Positions 11,780 to 22,591 are shown, counted from the first letter of the stretch. The stretch is 40,644 bases of DNA from Octopus sinensis (GCF_006345805.1 NW_021832313.1:1-40644); one strand, 5' to 3'. Notes: a model not told the origin generated them from the letters alone. Made by a program: numbers and translations.

Positions 11780-13040
11780 AATAGATGAGTTACGGACAGA
11801 ATAGCTGATGAGATTTAGGTTGCTACGGAAAATCAGCTGCAGAAACGTATCGACCCTCAGAATCACACCACAGTTTTTCTCTGTAATGACGGTTGTTCTC
11901 AAGAATAAATTTCGTCCAAAATCTAATAAATTCTTCCTCACCTTTCAGGGATTAATTTTTAACAAATGTAGAACTGAAATTGTACAGATTTAGAATCATG
12001 TAAGAATTTTATGGTGCCAAGGTAGAAACTGATTCTGAAAAATGGTCTAGCGGGGTTGGTAAACATAGTGCATGGAATATAAATATCAAAGGGTTGTATC
12101 TGCTGCTTTTTTGTAAGAAATTTCATCTTTCATCAGCACACACTTTCAATAACCAAAAACTATTCTCGGACCATGCACTGGCATTTAATTGATTATTCTA
12201 TCTGCAAAATACATTTCAAAAAATATACGTTCATTCCATACTATTTGTTGGAAGTCAGATCATTTCCTTGTTAAGCTGCAAAATATCTTTCAGAATTTTA
12301 GAAAACCATAAAAATATCACAGTTCCTTGATGTATAAATGATAGGTCATTCAAAATTGTGGAGAAGAACCGCGAGCTCTGAGATAAATTAGATGAAACTG
12401 TTAAGTATAAATTTACCGGAAAACATTGAACAATCTTGGCAGAGGCAGGGAACCTCATAGCAACAACAAAGTCTACTTCTTTCGAATTACTGGGAATACC
12501 TAATCCTAAGCCTTGAGATTGGTTTGGTGAGAACTATCTTGAAGTGAAGTCTCTCTTAGAACATATATACTGCACACAATATTGGAATATCGGAAAAAAT
12601 ATTTGCCAAATGAAAAAGAACGTTTGCTTTTAAGAAGTATGAAAGAAATATGACGGGTACAAGAACCAAATGAGATTGAACCTGCAGTTAAAGTATTCTA
12701 TGAAAGTCTGAATTCAAAAGGTTTATGGATCACAAACCTAGGGTTTATCGCCTGGCATGTTTACTGAAGAAAGAAAACTGGTGGTTGAAGAAAAATTAGA
12801 TCTAAGAAACAGTTTAAGACTGTAATATTGATTAATATTGTACCCACTTAACGAGGTTATTTTTTCAACAGTTCCACAAAATCCAGAATTTATACAAATG
12901 GCAAAAAAATCTAATTCATGTTGCAATAAAGAAAATTGCGCCTGATTAATATGGCATCGGTCTTGAAGTCTACTAATATGGTGGCAAGGCATCGGATAAT
13001 ACTGAATGAAACCTAGTCTTATTGGATCTTTCTAGGTCTT
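11780..13040 (+). pseudogene. Decayed RTE-clade LINE: AP-endonuclease and linker up to the RT start
   Basis: Manual translation across stops and frameshifts gives LMRFRL, FYGAKVETDSEKWSSGVGKH (cf. GDFNARVG..W.GVIG.H), HWHLIDY, CWKSDHFLV, DWFGEN..EVKSLL (cf. DWFDEN..EI..LL) and APD*YGIGLEVY*YGG (cf. APG.DGIP.EVYK.GG). Confidence 0.8.
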
Positions 13041-13557
13041 ACTTGGTCCAACTGGGTATAACTTCGTCAAACTCTGCTCAATCAGAGGGGCTAAACAACA
13101 CCAACCATAATAATTAGTACCACGAAATACCACCTCACCTCCACCACTACCATCACCATCGCCATCATCATCATTATCCTCATTTTCATCATCATCATCA
13201 TCATCAACAGCAGCAGTAAAAAAAATATAATAGCAACAACTCCATCCTCATCACCGTCATCATCGCCGCCATACACACGTTCTGTCAAGAGACATTTATT
13301 AATAAAGGGACAACAGTTGATTGGGCTTAAGCTTAGTGTATAATACATATTTTGCTGCTTTACTGTGATTGAAAATTTGGAAAGCTATGATACCTTGGCA
13401 GCTATAGCTAACTTTGATTGAGTTATTATCAAAGATATAGCTGGATCTACTCTATCCTATTTTTCAGGTTTTATGTACCTTTGTTTTTCTAAGATGGTTG
13501 AGAGTAGTTTAAGATAGATTTGGCTGATATTTTTAGCAGGTGAGGCACCATATTCTC

Positions 13558-13591
<34 letters not shown>

Positions 13592-13689
13592 GATATCCTC
13601 AAACCAGATATCTGCTTTCAACAGAGTAGCCTTCCCTAAAAATATCCACGGTCTAGAGTGGTGGTGGAGTTAAACTGGGGTAATAGATG

Positions 13690-13830
13690 TCTACCATTGA
13701 AGGACTCAAATTCTGAAATAGTGCTTTATTTATCGACCCTTGAGATAAAAAGATAAAGTTGACTTTAGAGAGATTTGAACTCAAAGCACGGAGAGCTGGA
13801 GCAAATACCAAGTTCTGTTGATTTTTGCCA
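13690..13830 (-). mobile_element. Degenerate SINE family B
   Basis: TTTATTTATCGACCC..AAAGTTGACTT..ATTTGAACTCA is the reverse complement of the family B core. Confidence 0.5.
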
Positions 13831-13839
13831 GTTAGCTGC

Positions 13840-14160
13840 CTGTGGTGGTGGTGGTGGTGGTGGTGATGGTGGTGGTGATGGTGGCAATGACGGTGATGGC
13901 GGCGGTGGTAGGGGTAGTGGTGGTGGTGGTGGTGATGGTTGAGGAGATAGTGTTGAATGTGCGTGTGTGTGTGTGTTGTTAGTAATGAAGAGAATAATAT
14001 TGATAAGGTAGCGATTGCTGTAACAGTAGCATTGGTCAGGGACCAGTGCTATGGTGGTGGTGGTGGCGGCGGCGGCGGTGCTGGTGGTGGTGGTGGTGGT
14101 GGCGGCGACAGTGCTGGTGGTAGTGGTGGTGGTGGTGGTGGTGGTGGTGGTAGGGTTGTG
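13840..14160. repeat. (GGT/GGC)n trinucleotide tracts
   Basis: Direct reading. Explains the poly-G and poly-H ORFs. Confidence 0.93.
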
Positions 14161-15448
14161 ACAGTAATAAAAGAAAGGAAGAATGAAAGAAATGGCGAAA
14201 TAATTGATTTAAGAGAAAACAACTACGAGAAGAGATGTTAAAAACCAATGTTTTAATAGCAGACGATATTGGAAGATGGAGCTACGGAGAGGGAGAGAAA
14301 GAGGGAAGAGAGAGAGAGAGAGAGAAGGAGAAAGTTAGTGGAGGGGAGAGAGAAGGAAAGAAAGAGAGAGTGGAAGGGAGAGAGAATTATGGTTTTATTG
14401 GATAGAAGTTCGAAATGAGATGGAATTGGTGAGTTTGAAGGGTTTCGCTTCACTGCTCCAAACCGACCAAACCATACCACTACCTCCTCCCCCCCATTAT
14501 TTTTACATTTACAAAGGAAATGGTGACAACTGTCAATTGGATTTTAAATGCATTCCATTCATATTGCTGCACTTAAACCTCCTCCTCCTGCCTCACCTCC
14601 CCTGCCCGCCCCGCCACTGGTTTTACAATGCACTTAAACACAACTATAAAATATTCTTACTATCGCAATACTACAAGCTGTTAAATACGATTCTGCTGCA
14701 ATGGCCGGCGATTTATGGAATTCTGTAAAGCCACCATTTGCAAAAGATGGCTGATCTAGCTTATAAACTTTCTCCCGCCGACAGCCGTATGCCATGGCCT
14801 GTATACTGATTGTTTCAAACGTCGGAGTCAGTTAATTACTGAATATACCAAGTAAGAAACTGAACAGCCAATTGGTTCACTAATTAAGAAGTAGATAAAC
14901 AGTTAACCAACAAGGAAACCAATCAACAAGCCAATAAAATAACCATATGAAGCGATAAGCAATATGAACGCCTATACCTCTATGTGGTTGCTGGTGTGCT
15001 AGAAATAGGAATTATATCTTCCTCAAATATATGTGTGTGTGTGTGTGTGCGTGTGTGTGTGTATGAATGTAATTTAACTATATATGTGTGTCTGCATGAG
15101 TGTATACAATTGTTTGTGTATATCTTTCTATGGCGTATAACGACGAAGGGTATAAATCTCAGAAGAGAAAATGGTGCTTTTCGACTGAAGCCTGTTCCAT
15201 ATTTGTTCTGCAACGAATTGCAGGCACTTTCATAGGAATGTAATCAATGCAGAGAATCGTGAATTATGTTATTGGAAGCCATTAATTAGTAACTATTGAT
15301 AACAAATTACGATATAAAATAAAATAAAATAAATAAATATCTGATCACGAAATTGGATCGATCGATCAATACATCGAGCAGATATATTAAAACGGCAAAG
15401 ATATATTTATATAACGGACTGTATAATGCTCTTGACATCACATACTGT

Positions 15449-15909
15449 GGGTGCGGGTGTGGCTGTGTGGTAAGGAGTTTGCTTCCTAACCACATAGTTT
15501 CAAGTTCAGTCCCACAGCTTGGCATCCTGGGTAAGTGTCTTCTACTATAGTCACGGGATGACAAGAGCCTTGTGGGTGAATTTGGTTGACGGAAACTGAA
15601 AGAAGCCCGTTGTACACACACACACGCATGCACACACACACATGCACACACACACACATGCACACACACACACACACACACACACATGATGTGTGTGTCT
15701 TTTTTGTTTTCCCCCTCATCACAACCGGTGTTGGTTGTTTACGTTAACGTAACCTAGCTGTTCGGCAAAAGAGACTGATAGAATTAGCAACAGCCTTTAA
15801 AATGTACTGGGATCGATTCACTCGACTAAAAAAAAACTCTTGAAGGCGGTGCCCCAGCATGGCCGCAGTCAAATGATTAAACCAAGCAAAAGATAAAAGA
15901 TGGAAGATA
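15449..15909 (+). mobile_element. tRNA-derived SINE family A, full length with internal (CA)n and a LINE-like 3' tail
   Basis: tRNA-like head (TGGCTGTGTGGTAAG..AGTTCAGTCCC), internal CA tract 15615-15687, body, and tail AAGGCGGTGCCCCAGCATGGCCGCAGTCAAATGA..(AAAGAT) repeats. Confidence 0.85.
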
Positions 15910-16280
15910 ACTGAGAGTAACTACCTTTACCGAAACGATTCCAGCGAAGCAAATTCAATGACAAATGAAGATACCAGATTGTCATGTGACTAACTGCATA
16001 AATTTACATTTGACGCGCAAACTTTTAACGAACTGTGGAGCGGGATTCTATGGAACACAATTTAAAGCTAAATGAATTGAAAGAAGTAGCAATGTTTGAG
16101 CAACATAAACAAATACAGGTCTATCAAATACCATATATCATACATTCTTGATTTACTAGAATGATCTTCGCCTGTAGAGGACCGTGTCGCAATTACCAAA
16201 TGGCAATTGGGACAAGCTCCTCTTGAAACTGGTTGAAATGACCGGAAGGGAAAGGACAAGCTTATTGCTTGGAGAAAAAA

Positions 16281-16347
16281 AAGGACAGTCACACCACACA
16301 CGTTTCAGGCTCAATAGCCCTCATCTGCCTGACAATTGACCGTCCTT
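16281..16347 (-). ncRNA. Degenerate type I hammerhead ribozyme
   Basis: Minus strand: AAGGACGGTCA..CAGATGA-GGGCT-ATTG-AGCCT-GAAAC-GT-GTG..TGACTGTCCTT. An 11-bp closing helix and stem II are present, but the core and cleavage triplet are substituted. Confidence 0.55.
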
Positions 16348-16451
16348 CTTTCCAGGAAGCGAAAGTCTTAGACTTTTACAGGAAGGAGTAACGAACAAAA
16401 TAACTATATTGATATTAAACAGCCATGTAACATGCAGATAAGAATGGTTTT

Positions 16452-16660
16452 AAATTCTAGTACAAGGCCAACAAGTTCGGGGAAGGGCGTCAGTCGATTA
16501 CATCAACCCCATTCATCGACTGCTACTTACTTCATCGACTCCGAAAAGATGAAAGGCAAAGTTGACCTCGGCGGAATTTGAACTTAGAACGTATTGCCGG
16601 ACAAATCGCAGCGAAATATTTTGCTCGGTGTACTAACGATTCTGCCAGCTTGCAGCCTTG
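16452..16660 (-). mobile_element. SINE family B, full length
   Basis: Reverse complement of head, core and the GGCCTTGT tail seen at 2948-3166. Confidence 0.85.
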
Positions 16661-17082
16661 CAACATAAAGATAATGATAAACAGGTATGCGATGAATTGT
16701 GAAGCGTTGTTAATAACATAACTTTATATTTCACAGATAATATACAGCTGTGTAACTGCTGCGTAAATTATTCATTATATACACTGATGTAATTACCTGT
16801 ATAGTATCATAAATAATATATATATACAGGTATGTAATTAACAAAGTGACTCATCGATAAGACAAATCAATGAAGTTTAATAATGAATTTACTCATAATT
16901 ATCAACCAAATAAAGCCGCATATTTGATGGTTGACTGAACTGTTATGAAATCCATCAAATAATTAAGAAAACAAAAACATTGAGCAAACTGTCGTCAACC
17001 AGAAAATCTCTCAGCTGCAGCCAACCACATATATAAACCATTAATCAAACTAACCAGGCTTCTCACTCTCTTTCTCTCTCTG

Positions 17083-17157
<75 letters not shown>

Positions 17158-17188
17158 GTCTGTCTCTCTCTCTTTATAAATATATATG

Positions 17189-17236
<48 letters not shown>

Positions 17237-17240
17237 CAGA
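17083..17240. repeat. (CTAT)n, (CT)n, (TA)n microsatellites
   Basis: Direct reading. Confidence 0.95.
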
Positions 17241-17448
17241 CAGACAGGCACACAATGCCGGCCTTGTGCTAGACTTTTTGAAACCAATATTATTGGAAGG
17301 AATATACGAGGTCCTATTTTATGAAATTACATTATGGTCGATTCATGCATGTATATACATGTATGTATATATGTGTGTGTGTGTTTGTGTGCGTCCGTGG
17401 GCGCGCGCGAATATTTATATTTATATTAAGGGCATTATTATACATAAA

Positions 17449-17519
17449 TGCCTCATGCTATGAGGACTCTTAATGTCAAAAGTTTTTTTTATTTTAAGAG
17501 TCCCTCATAGCACGAGGTA
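17449..17519. repeat. Short inverted repeat (about 25-bp arms, 20-bp spacer)
   Basis: TGCCTCATGCTATGAGGACTCTTAA vs reverse complement of 17494-17519, TACCTCGTGCTATGAGGGACTCTTAA. Confidence 0.8.
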
Positions 17520-17637
17520 TAGCGTGTGTAGTAATGCCCTTAATATTAATAAATAAATTTTTAGGAATAATTAAACATTTTTCCTTTATGAGGTTTTTCA
17601 CGCTGACTACTTGATAAATTCTTATAAAGATTTTATC

Positions 17638-17688
<51 letters not shown>

Positions 17689-17816
17689 ATATATATATAT
17701 TATATATATATATATATAATATATATATATATATTATATATATATGTATATATATATATATTATATATATATATATTATATATATATGAATGTTTGGAGG
17801 TGATGCACAGGTATTA

Positions 17817-17989
17817 TATATTAGAAGAACTAAGGTACTCAGAAATCTGGATGATTTTATATTTACAGAAGAATCCACTAGAGTTGATGCAAGCGCTAAT
17901 ATATGATTTATAAAAAACGTGACATATTAATAAAAATCTGTAAATATAGAACCATCCAGATTTCTGAGTACCTTATTTCTTCTAATATA
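17817..17989. mobile_element. MITE-like element: 53-bp inverted arms, 67-bp spacer, in (TA)n
   Basis: 17817-17869 vs reverse complement of 17937-17989 shows 3 mismatches. TA repeats on both sides. Confidence 0.8.
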
Positions 17990-18251
17990 TTATATATTAT
18001 ATATATCTATATATAGTATATATATATATATATATACATACACACACATAGGAATAATTAAGATTCAGTTGAATTATGTACTTAGGCTGACGCACCATGT
18101 CAGTCCGGTATTGTCCGCTCAGCTCGAAGTAAGGTGAATAAAAAGTAAATAAGTACCAAGGATGTCCAGTGGGCTACGCCCGTTTCAAGCGCGGCTCAAT
18201 ATAATCGTCCAATTGCAAGCATTACATCAATTTGAAATATATATATATATT

Positions 18252-18520
18252 CTGTTGTGTCTGGGGAAAGTCATTCTCTTTTAGTGCCTTATAATTTAAC
18301 ACACTCACCGGTAAAATTTCCACTCATTTCCTTCTTTATTTTTCTAAAATTTTCGTTGCGTCTTACAACTTTTTCAATAGAGAGTCAACAACTATTGAAA
18401 AGGTTGCAAGAGGCAACGGAAATTTTAGCAAAATATGGGAGGAAATGAATGGAAATTTTACCGGTGAGTGTGTTAGATTATAAGGCACTAAAAGAGAATG
18501 ACTCTCTCCAGACACAACAG
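18252..18520. mobile_element. Fold-back element: about 129-bp inverted arms around an 11-nt loop
   Basis: CTGTTGTGTCTGG...TTTTCAATAG-AGAGTCAACAA-CTATTGAAAA...CCAGACACAACAG, near-perfect palindrome. Loop at 18381-18391. Confidence 0.9.
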
Positions 18521-18639
18521 AATATGCTTCAACACATGAACTCACATAAAGAATCTTGCAAACCAAATCCCCAAACGAAATGCGTATATATTGTATATAT
18601 ATATATGTGTGTGTGTGTGTCTGTGTGTGTGTGTGTAGT

Positions 18640-18860
18640 GATGGTTTGTTGTCTACTTAATTTTCATAGTCCCAGGAAAGGGAAGAATGCTACTGCTATT
18701 TAGCCCCAGGAAACACCGTTTTCAGTTGGCCATGTGACACAAGCGTTCTGTGTCCTTATGTTTTCAAACAGGGGAGATAAGCATCTCCACCCAGCAAAGC
18801 CAACAACCAGACACTAGTTTCAGAGTCATTGCTCTTCATCCGTCCGGAGTAGCTTGGCTT
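18640..18860 (-). ncRNA. Degenerate hammerhead (18797-18860) plus conserved downstream tail, homologous to 27501-27720
   Basis: Minus strand: AAGCCAA..CGGATGA-AGAG-CAATGA-CTCT-GAAAC-TAGT-GTC..TTGGCTT. The tail shares CTCCCCT, TAAGGACACAGAA, TGTTTCCT.GGGCTAAAT and GGGACT with the 27.5-kb copy. Confidence 0.6.
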
Positions 18861-19315
18861 AGGGATTAATCTTCTCTCTTCGTTCCTTTGCGCCACATGG
18901 GCTCAACTCTCCACCCCTCTTTATCTAACCTCCTCCCCTCGCCTCTCTTATCCGCCTCTCTCCCGCTCACACCTACTTCCTCCCACCCACCTCTCCTGTT
19001 TTGCTCCGACTTCTACTTCTCTTAACTCCTCCCTTTCTCTCTTCTCTTCACTCTTACCCACCTCTCCTTCCCCTTCATCGTCAACCCTCCCTCGTAACCC
19101 CATCCCAGCCCTACACATTCCAACCCCACCTTCCCTATCCTTCCCATCCCACATACCCCTCTACCCCACCCTCTGCCTAACCACATACTCCACTTCTACC
19201 CCACCCTCAACCTAACCCCACCCTACCCTTGCTTTCCTCACTCTCGCCTTCCTCACCTCCCAACACCTTCACACCACACATCACTACACCACACATTTCT
19301 TTCGGTACCGATGTC

Positions 19316-19576
19316 TTCTTCTACATTGGGGCAACTACTTCTAAATTATCCCAGAGTATCTCCAATCATTATAAGGACAGTAATACAACTTTCAAGCTGG
19401 AATGGTCCATATTGTCTGTATCCTTTCCGTTTGATAAGGGCAGAAAATTTTGTGGCGTCTGTAATTCCGAACTTTTCCATATTTTGTTCGCCAAATTCCC
19501 TTTAATAAATACAATGATTGAAAAATCTTATAGGTGCATGCACTGGCAGAAACACACCTTTCACTCATATGAATGA
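19316..19576 (+). pseudogene. GIY-YIG endonuclease remnant of a Penelope-like (Neptune-type) element
   Basis: FFYIGATT (YIG at 19322-19330)...FKLEWSIL...C-GV-C..E..HIL...LIN...E...CMH. Matches the YIG / WSIL / CxxC..E / LN..E..C.H pattern of PLE endonucleases. Internally shortened. Confidence 0.7.
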
Positions 19577-20132
19577 TGATTAATATAGATAACCTCCTTG
19601 AATTTTAATAATTTTTGTTCCATTTATACATCACCCCATAGACAAATTTTATACGCATAAAGGACTACTACTAAATTCGTTGAGATATGTTTTACCTTTG
19701 TCTCTCTACCTCACCCTCCTCTCTCTCTCTTTCCCTCTCTCTATCGTAAGCACAATCAAACACACAGACACAAACCTGTCACTTCGCCACTGTTTGTTTT
19801 TAGCATCTACCCAACCACACACACAACCACGCACACACATACACACACTTAGACACGAATGCAGTTATATACATACACACTCATAGACACTCAATCACAA
19901 AAGAAAACAACAACAAATCACCATTCATATGATTTGCACCCTGTCACCTTCCTATTCTTAGACCTCTCTCCTCCAACCTAGTTTGAACCCTTGAACTCTC
20001 TAGAATCTTCTACATTCAACCATTTTTGACGTCACTGCTTATAACAGAATATTTTAAAGAAACACTCATTATCGCTATGGGCTCCATGTGGGCAGTCATC
20101 TAGGAGCTTTTGTTCATCTTGATGCTGACATA

Positions 20133-20234
20133 AGTTCCTTGTTTTCCTGATGAGAAGGCGGCATAATGCACCCCTTATTCCTTCGAAATTAGGAATATGC
20201 AACCTTCGAAACATATGTCGAGAATAAAGGAATT
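20133..20234 (+). ncRNA. Type I hammerhead ribozyme, apparently intact core
   Basis: CTGATGA 20147-20153. Stem II GAAGG 20154-58 / CCTTC 20203-07. GAAA 20208-11. Palindromic stem III ACATATGT 20211-18. GTC cleavage triplet 20217-19. Stem I AGTTCCTTGTTTTC / GAGAATAAAGGAATT. Confidence 0.85.
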
Positions 20235-20497
20235 TTGTTAAATCGTCGTTCAACTCCATTCTTTCATTTATTTGTATTAAAAAAACACACAAATTTCCAC
20301 ACGAAAGCACCTGATCTCTGCCCTTGGCATGTAGCTTCAACCGTACTTTTCTGACGTGAATTTTCTACCCAGGTATCGGTTAACCGAATTATCCATACTA
20401 AGATAATTCATTCAACTACTTATATATATATATATATATAATATATATATATATTATATATATATATATATCTATATATATATGTATATAGCTATAG

Positions 20498-20537
<40 letters not shown>

Positions 20538-21152
20538 ACCATTGCTTCTTGACCAAACTATTTTGGCGCCCTTTTTTCTTTCCCCCTCTTCCTCCCATCC
20601 TCCACAATCCCTTTTCTCTCTTTTTCTCTGGTCTCTGACTGATTCTGTCCCCTGCCTTCCACCCTCTTTGATTCCCTCTCTCTCTGTCTCTCTTTCTCTC
20701 TCTCCCCTGCAACATGCTGCTTCTCCACCATTTCGTTGGCGATCGTATCTCGCCAACATCTGTATTTGTCCCCTCTACCGAAAAGGTAATTATTTCTACG
20801 CCAGCTGCTATGTTGTTGTTGTTTTTGTCTCATTTGGTCTAAAGTCGTATGACAACCACCGTTATATTATATTTTGTTTAACCGTTACCGTTTTCAATTT
20901 CGTTTTCGTTTCTCGTATTTACATCCGTCTCGTGCGTTCACATTCCTGTCTTCTACCAAGAAATCTAATGCTTACAGCTTAGTTTTTTTTTTCTTGGGGC
21001 TGGCCGAGTTGGAGCAAATATCAGAATTGAACAGCCGAAATTTGCTATGATGATTCGGTGTCTGACTGAAGATTGAAGGCTTCGAATGATTTGTCTGTGT
21101 TCCGTGTTTGTCCCTTCCTGTATTTCACGTTATTTATATATAAAATATTTAT

Positions 21153-21206
<54 letters not shown>

Positions 21207-21332
21207 CTATAGCATAGAAGCCACCTGTACCCGGATACAACTCACTCATCAAGATCTCACTACTTGGACCATGATACCGCAAAACTTGACTTAAACAGGA
21301 TTTAGATAATCCTATTAGGTGGTGCTATTAAG

Positions 21333-21372
21333 TTAGACATGATGGACCAATCTTTGGTCGAAACATATCTAA
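21333..21372 (+). ncRNA. Hammerhead relic
   Basis: TTAGAC-ATGATG-GACCAA-TCT-TTGGTC-GAAAC-ATAT-CTAA. Stem II and GAAAC-ATAT are retained; the core and triplet carry indels. Confidence 0.4.
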
Positions 21373-21375
<3 letters not shown>

Positions 21376-21439
<64 letters not shown>

Positions 21440-21611
21440 AGCATGTATATATATACATATATTACATATATATACATAATATACATATATATGTATGTTT
21501 CTATGTATGTGTGTATATATACATATATATATACATATATATATATACATATATATATACATATATATATACATGTACATATATATATATACATATACAT
21601 ATACCTATATA

Positions 21612-21667
<56 letters not shown>

Positions 21668-21770
21668 ATTATCTATCTATGTATATGTATATGCAGCTAT
21701 TTGAAATAGACACAATTGATAATCTCTCTCCCTCTCTCTCTCTCTCTATCTCTCTCTCCCTCTCTCTCTC
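21376..21770. repeat. (TA/TACA)n and (CT)n microsatellites
   Basis: Direct reading. Confidence 0.95.
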
Positions 21771-21959
21771 TGTTATAGTTTCACTGCTTAATTAACTTTC
21801 AACTAGAAATGAAAGCAATTTACATTTAAAATAGTCGTCATCATTACTTTTAAAGCTATTTGAAGCTCAAATTCCTTCCAAACAATATTTATTTTGTGAA
21901 TTCTTTCTACTACAGGAATAAAGTCTGAATGCTGGGGGAAAGGGTTGGTTGGTTACACC

Positions 21960-22078
21960 AAACTTATTGCTCGAATAGTATTACTTTATTGTCTGTGAAA
22001 GGATGAAAAGTAAAGTCAACCTCGGTGGAATTTGAACTCTGAACGTAAAGACGAACGAATTGCCGCTAAGCTAACGAT
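21960..22078 (-). mobile_element. Partial, older SINE family B
   Basis: AAAGGATGAAA..AAAGTCAACCTCGGTGGAATTTGAACTCTGAACGT. Confidence 0.7.
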
Positions 22079-22092
22079 GAATATATCTAATA

Positions 22093-22293
22093 ATTATTTC
22101 AAATGTTTGCCACAAGGGCAACTTGGTGAAGGTGGGGATGAATCGATTACATCGATCCCAGTGTCCAACTGGTAGTTATTTTATCGACCCCGAAAGGATG
22201 AAAGACAAAGTCGACCTCGGTGAAATTTGAACTCAGAACGTAGCGACGGGCGAAATACCGCGCTAACGATTCTGCCTGCTCGCCGCCTTTATA
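22093..22293 (-). mobile_element. SINE family B with 13-bp TSD
   Basis: Full reverse-complement copy. Flanks are AATATATCTAATA (22080-92) and AATCTATCTAATA (22294-306). Confidence 0.85.
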
Positions 22294-22525
22294 AATCTAT
22301 CTAATATTAAAACTAATTTGTATGAACAATTAACAATAAACGAATAATAAATCTGAAAGTATATTTTTAGTCAAACTTTTTCAAAAATATTGAAATTATA
22401 CGAAATAATCCAAGGTTTCTTATTCTTGGAGCTATGGCTCTCTGAGGAGTTTTCAATGCTGTGAATTATAAATATATATAGAGATTTCACTTCGGCACAG
22501 CGATACTAATAACCAGTTGCCAAAA

Positions 22526-22591
<66 letters not shown>

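Noticed and set aside
11805-11811. CTGATGA hammerhead core
   Set aside because: No stem II or correctly placed GAAA; it is coding sequence of the RTE relic.
21061-21098. CTGAAGA..GAAGGCTTCGAA..GTC hammerhead-like string
   Set aside because: Stem II would need a 1-nt loop and GAAA is incomplete. Too degenerate to call.
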